A program made the translations under genes and the position numbers. Positions 40,331 through 54,957 of a DNA stretch of 61,419 nucleotides are shown one piece after another (the stretch's first letter is position 1; the number at the start of each line of letters is the position of its first letter). The notes under the pieces are model-generated. The model did no database searches. It was not told where the DNA came from and saw nothing but the letters and a program-made list of their open reading frames with translations. The stretch comes from Podarcis erhardii. Taxonomy: Eukaryota. Where the stretch lies: the NCBI GenBank assembly GCA_964252035.1, contig CAXUOO010000047.1. One strand, written 5' to 3'.

Positions 40331-42342
40331 GCGAGAAAGGCGGTGGAGGCCACAGTTAACAACCTCATCCGGAACAAGAGACGAATGAAAGCGGATAAGG
40401 AAGTCGAGCTCGTACACAAAGACTTCAGAAAGAAATGAGCAGATAATCGGCGGATCCGTCACACATGAAGAAGAACAGAGAAGTCACCCAGAGACTATTG
40501 AATTCGAAGTATGCACAAGGAACAGCATCAGCCATAAAAAGAACACCGTGCAGTGCATTCTATGTACAAGAAGTTTTGATAGTATACAAACAACGACAAC
40601 AATTCTATCAGCGAAAACCCGCTGAAGTACCCATTAGGAAACTAACCGAGCACAGCAGCAAGCTTTGTTCACGATCACTGTGAGTGAATTCCCCAGCAAC
40701 TTCATAGCCATTGCATACTGACCTTGATCAGCAGCAGCAGCACATGGAAACAAGCAATCTACTGGCAGTCGCCCCTAGTCAGCATGACACGTACACGCAG
40801 CCTTATCAAAATCAGGATATCAGTATCAACCATCACCCTTCAGGAACAGCAAAACACTTACGAAAATAACCTCAATACAAAAGCAAGTATTTGAATCTGC
40901 CAGTGGGCATTGTAATTTGACCCTAACATCAAAAGCAGCTCGGCGTTTTCTAGCAATATCCTATTATTTGAGGCAGCTGTTCTACGAAAGACAACATTAG
41001 CGCTAACCCCATTATTGACACCATCAACTCCACCGCAGCAACAGCAGCAGAGCAGCACTCTCGAGCGCCCAAAATGCAGCACTGGCCTCAAATGCAGTAA
41101 CCAAATAACACGTATGGTGACACAAAACAGGATGGACCGACCTGTTTATGCAACGGAAGTGTTAATTCATGCCTGCACCCGTTTCACACTATCAGTAACA
41201 ACAGCTCAATTACCAAGAGTAACTTTAGCATTTTAATTTCCCGTTACACACAATCTACATAGCCAGCATCTGGTAGTTTACGGAGGAAGCAGCAGCACGC
41301 TCTCTGCCGCAGAAGCGGAACACGCTCAGATATCAGCAACGCTCAGTAACAACTGCGGACTGAGCGGCAAGTTTAATCATCAGTAGCCCTGGCATATTCA
41401 GTGCAGCAGCAGCAACAGCATCCTTAGCAACCGTTACGCATGAGTTCAAACCTCACCACAGCACCTGGAATACTCAAATCCCGCAGCCAGTTTACAGGGG
41501 ACTTTCATCAACGATTACTGCAGCGGCTTTCAAGTAGCAACAACACTCTGTCTGACGGCAGCGGTCAAGTGTGCGCATCAATAAAATTGCCACGAGCGGC
41601 AGGGTGTCTGATATAATCGCATTACACCAATTCCACAGCAGCAGCTACAGCATTCTAGTGAGCATTCGCATCTGCATTCGCGCGATAGTGCCGAAGTCTT
41701 ATTATCTCTATGAGCAAAGTGAACAGAGAAACAGCAGGCAGCGTTGTGGCTGCAAGCTGCCGCAGCAGTTTCGCATCAGCACCATTCTGGTTGTGGCAGC
41801 GACCCGAGCAATTTCGTCAGGACCTTTATGAGGAAACAGCACTAAAGGGCAGAAAAGCTGGAATTTGAGGAAGAAGAGAGTAGGAGTTAGATTTGCTGCA
41901 GACAGCAAGCATCAAGTGATAGAGACAGACATACACACTTATTTGTAGTGAAGAATGCATGCAGGATTATTCCGTACAATATCAATTTCATTTGAAGAAG
42001 CAACTACAGCAACAGTTGCCCTCATCCCACTACGGCCTCTTACTAGTAATTCCTCGCCGCTCTGGCAGCTGTGGTGCTACCGCTGCTGCCGCCGTTAATG
42101 TACCAGATGCTGCTGTTGCCACACGCATGCACCATTGACAGGGACATCTTCCTTTGTAATTCATCTCTTCACTGTCTTCGTGTCCTTGTTGTCTGATCAT
42201 TTCTTCGTCCCCGCCAAATTTTCTTCTCCTTTTTTCTCGCTGGGTGCCGTGTCTCCATCAACAAAAGACAGTTTTCTCGTTCGAGAAACCCGTGTCTCCT
42301 TTCACTGGCTTCTCCCAGCAATTTACAAAGATCGCAAATACG

Positions 42343-43298
42343 ATGTTTTCCACCCGGTGAGCAGCCCTGTGCAGGAACAACAACAGCAGCAAGAGCAGCA
42401 ACAACAGCAGCACCCTTTGTAAGAAACAGCAGGAAGCGTAGCAAACAGTAACGGCAGTCATGCCAACGTCACATGCAAGACGGTTAGGAGCGATTGTCTA
42501 CTACGAGCATAAAATTAGTGTTCAGGCGTTTGTGTAGATTGGTGTCATCGAAGGCTGAACCGATTGTTGTGCATGTGCCAAATGGCGACACAGAGGCACC
42601 ACTTTGAAATAAGAGGAAGTTTGCTTGACCCATTGGTTAGTGTGTAGGTGTTCGAACAAATGAACGTATGTACAAGTACTCTCGCAGAGGAAGTAGTTGT
42701 GCAGTTTGTGATATGTACGCATGTGTACGGACGAATCATTGCCTTTTTTTATATCGCGCGGGTGGCACTTTTTTAAAAATATGAATTTCGGCAACGGCAG
42801 CGTGAGTTTCGAGGACAAGTCGGAACTTTTTGGATTGCAAGTGTTTATTTAGATATATGTACTTCACTAGACTGTAAAAGCTTGACACTATACTGAAATG
42901 CAGCATCAGCAGATTTGTAGCGAAAGTAAGCAGCATTAGCAGTTGCATGTGAAAGCAGCAACAGAAGCGAAATGAGCAAAAAACATAGTATCGAGAAGCA
43001 TCAGTTGTTTGGAGCAATTATCAGCACCAAAAGCGAGCTGAAGCGGTGACAGCAAAAGCTAGCGAGAAAGGCAGCGCAAATTTCAGCGGCTGCAGCATCT
43101 ATAAGAGCCAAATGCATAGCGCGTTGGAGAGGCAACAAGAGGAGCAGCGACATGCATCAAAGAAACATAGCAGCAGCGACAAAATGAGAACAAACAGCAA
43201 TTTTGAAAAATTTTGCAGCAGCGCCGACAACAATTCTAAAGGAGCAGTAGCAGACAATAAGTTCAATGTGCAGATAAACATATGTATATATATATATG

Positions 43299-43351
<53 letters not shown>

Positions 43352-44323
43352 TTTAGGAAAATGCATGAGCGCACGGATATTCTTTTCAGAATACTGGTAA
43401 AGCAGCTGCTGCCCATTCTGAGCCTAAGTTTTTTCATGCACTTTGTGATACAATCGCTGAATTTCCTGAAATACTATGCTTCTTTTTCTGCTCAATTTGT
43501 CACCTTTTTCATCATTCTGTTTCCAAGGCTTCTCTTTTTTCTGTTTCGCTCTAATCCGTAGTATGATATATATTTGCATATATATCCTTTTCTGAGATGT
43601 GCTTGTATACATCGTTGTTGTGTGAAATTCCCACCTTTTTTGTTCTTTCATACTATAAATATACGCATATATCCATGAATAGTTATATATATATATATTG
43701 ATATATGTTGTGCGTAGACGTCATCGTATGGGATCGGCTTGTACTGACCCACGATAGGTGTAGTCTGCATATGGTATGTGCCCATATGTGTACGTGTAGT
43801 GTGTAGAAGTACATGTGTAACTTTAAGCAACCCACGATACATATATATATATATATATATTCTGTATATCCCGTATGTGCCCAGACTTGTAAATGTATAT
43901 CTATAGAAGTTCCAGACATGAATGCACATCATTAAAAGTGACTTTTTTACTATCTTTTTTTTCGGTGTTCCTGCACAACTACAGCGTTAGTAAGTGTTGC
44001 ACGTACTGCATGTGCTGTGATGTTCCTGCTTCCGCCTGTGCCGCTGCTGCTGTGCATGATGCTGCTTAAGAAAGTGCTGATAGTGCACCTGGTGCATTTG
44101 TTGTAGTTGCCTATATATGTACCGGTGCTGACTCTCGATTCTCTGTCAGTAGTTGCTCTTCGTTTGCAATTTTTTTTTGAAAGGAAGTGCATACCCCTCA
44201 AATGAATATCTACAAGCATATCGAAATTGCAGTATCTCTTATTGTACATATATATATATAATATACCTCTCTCTCTCTATGTATACCCGTGCGTACACCA
44301 ATTACATATAAAATTCGTATATG

Positions 44324-44359
<36 letters not shown>

Positions 44360-45844
44360 CGTCTTGAAGGCATTATATCTAGGTATGTGTATGTATTCAA
44401 AATTAGCTCGTTCTACTGAGGGTGGTTTTGCTTGTCTACGACAATGGGGTGCTGGTGTATGGGTGCTGTGTGTTGCTTCACGTAGAAGCGAATATGATCG
44501 AGGTGTAAACACCTTTTCTCCAGAGGGGCGGCTGTTTCAGGTTGAGTACGCTTTAGGCGCCATTAAGCTGGGCAGCACAGCAGTGGGTATACAGACAAGT
44601 GAAGGGGTTTTGCTGGCCTCTGAAAGACGAGTCAGCTCTTGTTTGCTGGATCCTCTTTCAATTGAAAAAATTGTTGAAATTGACACTCATATTGCATGCG
44701 CGATGAGTGGGCTTATTGCTGATGCTCGGTACGTTCTTCGTGCTTCCGTTTAGTCTTGAGGCACCCAATCTCGTTCTTTGCTCTAATTCAAAGAGAACTG
44801 TTGCAGTGTTGCTGCCACTTCCTATAAATTGCTATACATTCCACTTTGGATGAATCGCTGTTTTTGTTTCGATTGTTCTTCTTGCTGCTTCTCTATTTCA
44901 GTTCGCCGTAATATGGACTTGGCTGTTTCTGTTCTTACGTCGATTGTCATGCTGCTGTGTATTGTCGCCACACTCTCCGATTTGCTCTTCTGTGAATACG
45001 GCTGTGGTGCTAGAGTGACATACAGTCTGTCTTTCTGATAGCCTACTTAAACCTATACATATATATTTGAATTTATATATGTATAATTATATTACTTTTC
45101 CTCTCTCTCTATATCTATATATATGTATATGCTGCGATGGGGCGAGGGATTGTGCCGCTGGCAGGAGTGGAGCCACTCCACTGATGGTGCTGGTGCTTGC
45201 GGAGAATGCTGACAAAAACATACATGATATACTCATATATATATATATATATATATATGCTGTGATGGTAGGGTTTAGGTTGGCTTAGTGACTTAGTTTT
45301 GTTGGCTTTCGAAAGCGCTGACGTTGCAGTTTTGCGCGCGTTTTGATGAAGGGGTGGTCGGTGCGATTTTGCTGCAGCAAATAGGTGCGCAGTTTTGCTG
45401 AGTTTGCTGCTCTTTACTTTGCTGGCACTTCTGAGTGCATTGCTGCTCACCCATATAGTTTCAACAAAGGAGCAGAAGGACAGCTGAAGACAAGAGTTGA
45501 GTAGAATCAAAGACTCTGTTTCTGTAGTTTTTTGGTGCTGCTTGTATGGATGCAGCACACTTATTGATCATGCAAGGGTTGAGGCTGCAAATCATTTCTT
45601 CACCTACAACGAACGCATGTCCGTTCATAGCTGCATTGACTCAATAGCGGATCTTGCCCTTGACTTCTCAGGTATAGAATAGTGGCTATCGCTGGTCTTT
45701 CACTTGGTATTTTTCTCTCGCATTCTTTAACCAAAACACATGTATATATCCATATTTATCTGGTGTGTAGAAAACTGACACTTTGCTGATCCGCGGGCTC
45801 AAAATCCTGTAAGGTAACAGGCTAGTCTTTATTGCACGTTCATC

Positions 45845-45883
<39 letters not shown>

Positions 45884-46990
45884 TATTTGGTTTTAATGTG
45901 AAGTTTTCTGGGCAGCAGACTAATAATGCGCTTGCTGCTGCTGTCGCTGGTGGTGTACTGATGCTGAGGAGAGTTAGTTCACTGACTACTTAGGACTAGC
46001 TTTCCTCTGAAATAAATGGTGCTGCTGCTTTTCTTGCTGCTACTGCTTTGTTACACGGAAATGCAAGGTTTTTTCGCCACTGCTGCTTTGCTCTTTTTGC
46101 TTTATACGAAAGTGCGTTTTTGGCGCTGCTTTTTCTCGAAATCATATGTATACATATATTTATGTATACATATGCATAGAGGCTACAATAAAATTTTCTT
46201 ATTCAGCAGCAGCGAGCGTTGTTTTTCTTTGCTTGTAGGCACTTTGTCATATGCGAATGAATTTTTCGACAGATAGTTACATCCGTCTATATGCAGCGTT
46301 ATACACATTATGTATACACGTACGTAATTTCATGTTTGGATTTCATACAAAAAGGTTAATCAGCAAATACAAAATATATATCTTCACCTATATATACATC
46401 AAACCTGTATATATATGTATATAGGGATCCTTGAAATACGACAAATGCGGTGTGCTGCATAGGAACTGAAGCAAGACCTACAGTTCTTTTTGAAGAAACA
46501 ATACTTTGAGACGAATTGTGTATATAATGGTAGATATATATATGTATATATATGTAGGTAGATTCGTTTGTAGTTCACTATATCTATCTTCATTCTGTTA
46601 GTGATAGGGAAGATCGAAGAAAACTCGACGTCTGTAAGGTGGTAGATTAGGCGCCTACAACTTACCACGTAAGTGTTTGCTTCGTCGACGTATGCTTGTA
46701 ACGTGCTTGCAGACAGATGTTCGTGATGGAATATAAATCATTTTTGTTATGATATTCAACATGCTTATTTGTGTATAAATAAATATATATATATATAATA
46801 CACACTGACCTTCTCTCTCAGACACATACATATATATATAATATGTAAATGTTCGCAATATATGTGTCTGTAGATGTGAGTGACGGGAAAAGGAAGAAAA
46901 CGATGAGTCGGCCATTCGGCGTTGCGCTTCTTGTAGCTGGAGTTGACACTGAGGGGCCTTCTCTTTGGTGTGCGGATCCTTCGGGTAAAA

Positions 46991-47037
<47 letters not shown>

Positions 47038-48596
47038 AATTTGTGTGGTCCCTGATGACAGCGAATAGTTTCTTCTGTCTTCTGGAGTTCTCTCAGATGG
47101 TAGCGCACTTCTCCTGCTTTATACATATACGTGTATATATATATATATGTATTTATATGTGAATATATACGAAAGTACATATGTGTATGTATACGAACGC
47201 CTTTGCACGCAAAGAAGTTTCGTAATTATACGGAATCGCTTTTTGGTAGGTGTCGAAGAAAACACAGTAGCTAAAACAAGTGGGGAATACATTTTCACTT
47301 ATGATCAGAACTCTTCCTACAGAGAGTACATATATATATATATATATATATATATGCATAAATTCGTGCGAGATCTTTAGTGAGGCCGGAACTGCTTTAT
47401 GTAATGATTTGGGGCGCGCTCACTTGGCGCCTTTGTTGATGTCAAGCAGTGCACTCGTTTTCGGTTTGTCCACTCTATGTAACTTCATCGTTTTCGTTTA
47501 GGAAGTTCTCCACACGTATGTCGACTAGATTTTTCCCCCTTTTTGTGAACTTATAAAATTGTATGCGGACAGCTTCTCATTGTTCAAACGTATTTTCAGC
47601 CTTAGATGTGGCTTCGAGAACAGATCTGTCTCGTATAGAACAGAGTAGCTCATCATTCTTGCCTGCATCCATCTTTTCAACGACGTTCTTCAAGTTATTC
47701 CGTCTCTAACAATAGCAGCAGCGACTCTCTATTCGTCTCGCTCTCTCTCTCTTATATCTACATATGTATCTCTTTGTATACATACACAATTATACAGGTA
47801 TGTATCCACTTGTCTTTGTGTATAGATGGATATGCTTGTGCTTAGAATCTTTTTTTTTCAGTTGGCAGTACCTACTAGAGAGCTTGTTGCTGTCAGGCAT
47901 ACCTACATACACACATACATACATACATACGTACATACATACATACATACATACTTACATACATAAGTACTTACATACAGATATACATACATACATACAT
48001 TCATACAGTCATCCGTACATACATACACACGTTCGTACATACATAGATGCATACTTACGTACATACATATGTAAGAGCAGAATAAATTCTTATTCTATAT
48101 GTATGGTGACATACTGGGTACGAAATCATAGCAGTGACGTGAGAGGTAGTTGATGCTCTACATATTTTCGGAACTAATAAGTGTCTATACACGTATCTCT
48201 GTGTATATAAGTAGTTGTTGCATGAAGACAATGCACTATAGCGTACAGGGAAGAAGTGGCTGTTAAATTGATTGCTGCAGGAACTGTAACGCAATACAAG
48301 GCAGTTGCTTTAGGCTCTGCTCAAGAAGGCGCCGAAACAATGCTGCAGGAGCAATACAAAAACGATATGTCTTTTGAGGGTAAGTAGTTCAGTATTCATA
48401 CATGTACACCTGTGTACACCTGTATATATGTCTCTTTCGTACATACATACATACAGTAGACACATATTTACTACTTTCAGACACACCCTCATCAGCATAA
48501 AAGTAGGCAACAGCTGCAAAAACTGAGTACAAACTGCTCTGTCAATACAGTAAAGCTCGTAAGTGGTTTTCACTAACTTTACTGTTTTCATAACTA

Positions 48597-48637
<41 letters not shown>

Positions 48638-50356
48638 AATCCGATCGGAAGCCAATGTGCGCGTAACCCGGTGAGGATGGTTGTGCACATATGTATTCTA
48701 CTCACGTATAACGTATATACTTATGTATATATATATATAGATATATATATATATATATATATTTCACTGGCAGTGATGTTGCGCACAAAGGTAGGACATT
48801 TGTTCTCATGCGTTCTTATGTCTATATACGGTATGGAAGTATATACGCTTATGAATATGGGGGGACAAGTGGAAAAATGTATATACGTAAATGAGGGAGT
48901 AGCTTAACTTCTAGTGACTTTTTCTTGGAGCATGATCGTTTTCCGCGCTTGGAATCTATTTTCAAACAAAGACCAGAATTCTACACACACCTATATAGAT
49001 TTATATACCTGTTTTTGGGGACATGACTGCGTACAACACTGCACAAACACAATCACACACATGTATAAAGATTTTTTCTCGCCCGCCGCTATTGCCTTTC
49101 TTCGTGCTCGCCCACACAACTTCGCTATCGCCAGTTTTTATTTTATCTATATTTTTCCTGCAGCAGATACTGGCTGTTTTTCTTGAAAATATTTGTGCTG
49201 CATTAGCTCGAATTTTGTCTTGCTTCGTGAAACGAAAAGCTGGGTCTTCAAACAGCTTCGTATTCTGACTGCTACTGCTGCATCGGCTGCTGCAACTTTT
49301 GAGAGCCGTTCTTCCGTTTTTTTAATCAAGACAAGTATACACAGTGGGTGGATTATTCGCTGCTTTTCGAGGTATATATATATATATATAGATATAGATA
49401 GATAGATAGATAGATATTTATATGAACTAGATTAAAATGAAAAAATCAGGCGCAAGGAGTGTCTTATAGAAGACTACCTGATGCTGCTGCTAACATGCTG
49501 GTGAGTTCATAATTTTAGTAAAACTACTGCAAATCTGTGTGCTGCGTGAGCTTGTGTCTGCATCTATTTGCTGCCAATAGCATGTGTAAAAAACAATGTG
49601 TTTCAACGCTTGTTGAAGAGTCGAGAAGATGGTTGTTCTTGATTCTGCGGTCTTCAAGTTCTCTGCTGCTGCCGACAAATATGTCTACTCTCACTAATGC
49701 ATGTGTACGTGTCTACTCTTTTGCTGCACTTGCAGAAGCGGAGATGCTGGCACTAGTGGTTTTACGACAAGTAATGGAGGAAAAGTTGACTTCCAGTAAC
49801 GTCGAAATTGCGTGTGTGAAAACGTCAGATAAGAAGTACGAGGAAGACGCTTGTTTTCTCTTTGTTTTTCTGTTGAAATTTTGTAATCAAGAGAACTAGC
49901 AGACAACGAATTTCGGCCTCCTTTATGTGTGCAAATTCAAGTTTATGCTTGTTCTTCTGCTTGCCGAACTGTTCTTTGCGACTGGACTGTTTGCATATCC
50001 ATTGCAGACGTAACCCGCTGTGTTTACTCACACATACTTATGGAATATATGTGAACCAGTCCAGTATTCTACAAAAAATAGCTTTGCAGGTGACTACTGT
50101 ACATGATGAGATGTCTATTTTACGTCATATAGATGTCACTTCACATCTGTTTTGCCGCTTCATAGTAGCAAACGAGTTAAAATGTTCTTTCTTTTGTACA
50201 GTAGTGTGTATATACAACTTCGTCTGTGAAGCTGTATGTGAAAAAATGTAGGCTCATATGTTTCTTGCTGCACTTAGTTTACATATGTAGTGTGCACTCT
50301 CTCTTCATGCATATACCGGCGACTAGATGTAGTATTGGTAGTATAGGTGGAATAGG

Positions 50357-50393
<37 letters not shown>

Positions 50394-51049
50394 ATAACAC
50401 TGTCTCTCGAAAACCGCACTTCTACGGATATTATAAAATTCACTATTATTTTCTACGTATGCTTCTCGTAAGCTTTTTGAGTCATAATGCCTCCTCTCTC
50501 AATTAATATATATTTAAATATATATTTGCATTGAGCGATCCTGTGTTTCGCTTATTTTCAAGGTGTTTCTGCGAGCATTTTTACTGTTTTTTGTGTATAT
50601 GCGTGCACATATATACATGTTCTATTGTATGTATATCTCAAGATATAGAGACACTATACTTCTTTTTTAGGTATGTATGCTGAACGTATTAGGGGGCGGT
50701 AAATTGTGTTGATGTATATTGGCGCGCTCAACTTAATACACATGTGAAGTTGATTTCTCTGTAGTCTTGTGTTTTTTCCGAGTCTTCTCGGGTTCAATCT
50801 AAATAGACCGCCTACACATATGCATATATATATATTTATATATTTATATATGTATATATATCTTTTTGAACTTATTGAGTTGTAGTGAAGAGGAGGCACA
50901 TCGTGCGTAACTGTTTCTTTTGCAGCTCTTATGACTTACTGAATGTGCTCAGATATAAGCAGTATTCCCCAAAGCAACTGCAAGATCTTATTGACCGCTT
51001 ACCTCCGCCGACAATTCCCACAGCGACGGACTTGTCGGCAGCAGCTTAG
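42343..51049 (+). CDS. PSMA5: 20S proteasome subunit alpha type-5, 259 aa; exons 42343-42356, 44486-44728, 45556-45671, 46874-46984, 48281-48379, 49736-49835, 50953-51049
   Basis: All introns are GT-AG, the phases are consistent, and the total is 780 nt. The product is [39 protein letters not shown]...[27 protein letters not shown]...[15 protein letters not shown]...DPSGT...[17 protein letters not shown]...[17 protein letters not shown]...[11 protein letters not shown]. This is the classic alpha-5 signature. Confidence 0.96.
43302..43350. repeat. (CA)n microsatellite, about 24 units, in PSMA5 intron 1
   Basis: Direct reading of the sequence. Confidence 0.97.
47904..48069. repeat. Degenerate (TACA)n tetranucleotide tract in a PSMA5 intron
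   Basis: Direct reading; a similar shorter tract lies at about 24820-24870. Confidence 0.9.
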
Positions 51050-52778
51050 GATATGCATGTGGCCTGTGCTAAATGCTTGATTAAGCGTATACCTGAATTT
51101 GTTCACTTCCTATCAATTATTCATTGTTCATAGATATATTTTTTTTTTCAAACAGCAATGAACCTCTTTTGATAAAGTTTCTTTGTGTTCAATTATGCCT
51201 CTCGCTTCTTCTGCGTGCTTGTCAATAAAGCGAAAAAACTAACAAAGGCTTTTACCCCCTTTCTCGCTCGTCTGCTCTAATGCAGTCATCTCCGTCTTCC
51301 TCGCTATATACATTACACATATATGAATCTTTATGGCTGGATCATACACGCATGTCGTTCTACGGTTGTACATCAAACGTGTTCATATCATTAGTATAAA
51401 ATCGTGCACCTCGGCTTCGAGAGTTGCGTTGCTGCCACAGGTGTACTTTCATCGCACTGTGTTAGTGAAAGCGGTATTGGGCTTTTTCAAACAGTTGGTT
51501 TCGTGTATATATATATGTATATATATATTTAATATGTATGATCAGTTGTATTTCATGAATTTAGCAGGTGCAGCTGCAGCGTGCCGTTACAGCGCGAATA
51601 GCAGAAGAAGCGGCACCACTGTTCGTTTAGCTGTTATCGAGTATATACATGTGCATGGATATATATGTCATTCTCAAAAGAGCAGTCATGTGAATGCCTG
51701 AAGCAGCGACAGTTATTATACGGCAGCCCAGTCGCAGCTGCGGTGAATGCAGCATAAGAGTATAAAAGTGGATACGATAGTAATTCTAGACGGAGATCAT
51801 TCCAACAGTTTGAAAATGAGTCACGACGCATACATATATTGTAAAAATATGAGACGCTTCTAATCCTCGGATCTCACACAGAAATGCGCGACTATATACG
51901 AAGAACAGCGCTTCGCGGAAGCACCGGTCAATTCATTTGTATCGAATGTATAATGTGTAGAACTCTGTGAATCTGCGCTTGCCTCCATCATAACATCTAC
52001 ATATATATATATTCTCAATATGTATATATATGATCGTGGTGATTCTATTTTGCGAGACTAGCTAAGAAATGTAAGCTCACCGGGTTCGCTGAAGTTTTGA
52101 TATCGCAGTGCACTGCACTTCATTAACATACACTTTATTTGTTTACGTCTTCTCTGAATATGGCTATGTTGTATGTGATGCTGCTGAAAGGCTGAATCAA
52201 TTTCACATAGCAAATACATCACACACGTTGAAACCTGGTCAATTCAGGACTGTCTCAGCTGTTTCTCACATTTGCTACTGATGTGCTACCATGTGCCCAT
52301 CTGTTATTGTTGCTCCGCTTGCTTCCGCTTCAGCCAAAACTTGAAACTTGTGAAAAAGAGAGCAGCACGCAGTTACGTTTACTGGATTCTAACGGGTACT
52401 AGACGTATGGTCACATATCTATAGCTATATATATATATTCAAGTCATATAACAGGAACAAAAATCATGCGTATTCAGTTACACATATAAAAATTAATTTG
52501 TTTCCATAAATTTGCGTATTCGGCAAGGCTTATTTGATTGGTAGATGCTCCTGTGACTGTGTGTGTTACAGGGAGTAGAAGTCGTGTATATGTAAATATA
52601 ATCATACCCGAAAATTATGCACAGTTACTAAAAAACCCTCTGGTACGCGCAGACAAGACCTCTAGCACCTACACTTACATTCGTATACAATATATATATA
52701 TATATATATAGATGTATACACGCGTACGGTTCACGTGACAACTTCACACGATATAGCCCCCCTGCATATGTGTACACG

Positions 52779-52819
<41 letters not shown>

Positions 52820-53507
52820 GGGCTATACTTATTTGTATATATGCATGCAATTGATTACATGCTGAAATTGCTACATTAAAAACCTGATCGGATTCGCAAT
52901 TGATCCTCCCACTGACTGTCTAGCGATAGCGTGACTAGACATCAGCATCAGCAGCAAGATGCAACTACCGCAGCAGCATCATAAAATCAAATAAGAAGAG
53001 CGAGCTTTATATAGGAAATTTTAAAAAGTATCTGTTGGAGCAAGTGACATTCAGTGATGACAACAGTAGCGATCTGCATCGTATGTAAATACACCGGCAT
53101 ATGCCCTAAAGATCATTTGTGAATACCCGCCACGACTCTAATCAGCATCGAGTGCAGCAGACATTTATTCGCGTGTCACTGCATCGAGCAGCAGTTGCTA
53201 CTCACTACTCTCGAAGCATTCCATGCATGCAGCGGCAGCATACAGCTTTCATATCCGCTGTTAGAAACTATATAAATATATATATATATGCTGCAGGCAA
53301 GGGAGTATCGCTGCATGCGCCAGGATTCCAATGGGGCAGGATGGGCAGCAAAAACAGTAGCAGCGAGAACACATCATGCCCATCGATAGCAGCAGCAACA
53401 GTTTTACAAACAAAGACGCCATTGCCTCAAGCCGTGGCAGCGTGACTACAAGACAGCGCTGGCAATAACTGCAGCTCACGCACAATCTGTAAAATTTGTG
53501 GGTTGAC

Positions 53508-53552
<45 letters not shown>

Positions 53553-54418
53553 GAATTATATAGTCATTTTCTATATGATAAGAGAAATATGTATCAGTAT
53601 TTGTATATATGTATATCTACACTCATATAATATGTTTCGAGCTTTTTATATGGAAATCCTTATTGGGGGATCGTAAAGTTATCTTTTCTCGCATTGCATT
53701 TCCTCCACAAAACGTATGAATTGAAGTGTCAATATATATATATATATCTTCCGACGTGTTTATGTGGTTCGGAGACAGTTGAGTGAATTGTAACTAACCT
53801 GCAGACTACAAAGATTAACGAGTACATAGATCTTTTCATGTTGATTTCTAATACGGTTTGTCACTGTATGTATGACTTCAATAAACGTATATGCATGTAC
53901 ACTAAATTATATATATATATATATGTGGAAAAGTTTCTGTACGAGCGTATCGTATTCAAATGTCCTTGTGACAGTCGTTCCGAAATACAGACACCCAAAC
54001 TCATGAAAAGACAGACTAACACACATACACTTCAATCTCGGGGAAAAAGACAATAAATTCATGATTACATATATATATATACATATATATATATACGTTT
54101 TCGCGGACGTTGAATGATGCACCGATGGATACAGATACAGTTATTGGCGTAGCGTTTGGTTCATGGTTGAGAAGGCATAAAACATATATATTTTCGAAAA
54201 GCATCACACATACAGATCTCTACGTATCTAAACATACACGTATAATATGTGTACAATGCCTTGCTCATATTGACAGCTTCACGGTCTACGGTGGACACAT
54301 ACATGTCGATAGCGTAAGAATCGGATACATATATTGATTTTGAAAGAAGAGGAGTTAAAATTTATACCAGGTTATATATAGTAAAGAGTAAATACGAACA
54401 CAGCTCTACACGAAAGGA

Positions 54419-54466
<48 letters not shown>

Positions 54467-54957
54467 GAGACTCCCAGAATCAATAACAGTAGCAGCAGCG
54501 CAGGCCGTTTCTATCCTTTCCCAGAACAGGTGAAGCTTAGAGAGTTCAAGGAAACCATATATATATATGTATACAGATAACTATTTACACGTCTGAAAAG
54601 ATACATATGCATGTATGTTACCGATGATTTTGAGCCACGACATATATATAGGATAATGTGGCCGTCGCGTTTTGAGGTTTGTATGCAAGAAGTTGTTTTT
54701 TTTGTATCGAAGAGGAAAAACACAGCACGCAGCCACGAAGCTGCTGCGTCGAACAACAAACTTGCAAGAGTTTTCCAGAGGAACTTTTCAATTGCGCATG
54801 CAAACAAAAACGCCGTTTTTTCCGAACAAAAGTACTGAAAGTGGCAGTCCCATTGATAGCACCAGTAACTGTAGCGCCTCCTTTCTTCACGCAGAATATA
54901 AGGAAGAATCAACTGACATACATATCATGAAAGACCTCCAATTTGCGAAACTAAGTT

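Noticed and set aside
44289-44485. N-terminal extension of PSMA5 suggested by the ORF track
   Set aside because: It is intronic; the true start is the MFSTR mini-exon at 42343.
561-54900. Dozens of 60-180 aa ORFs rich in YIYIYI, HTHT or CVCV
   Set aside because: They are translations of (AT)n, (CA)n and (TACA)n microsatellites, which lack stop codons in several frames.
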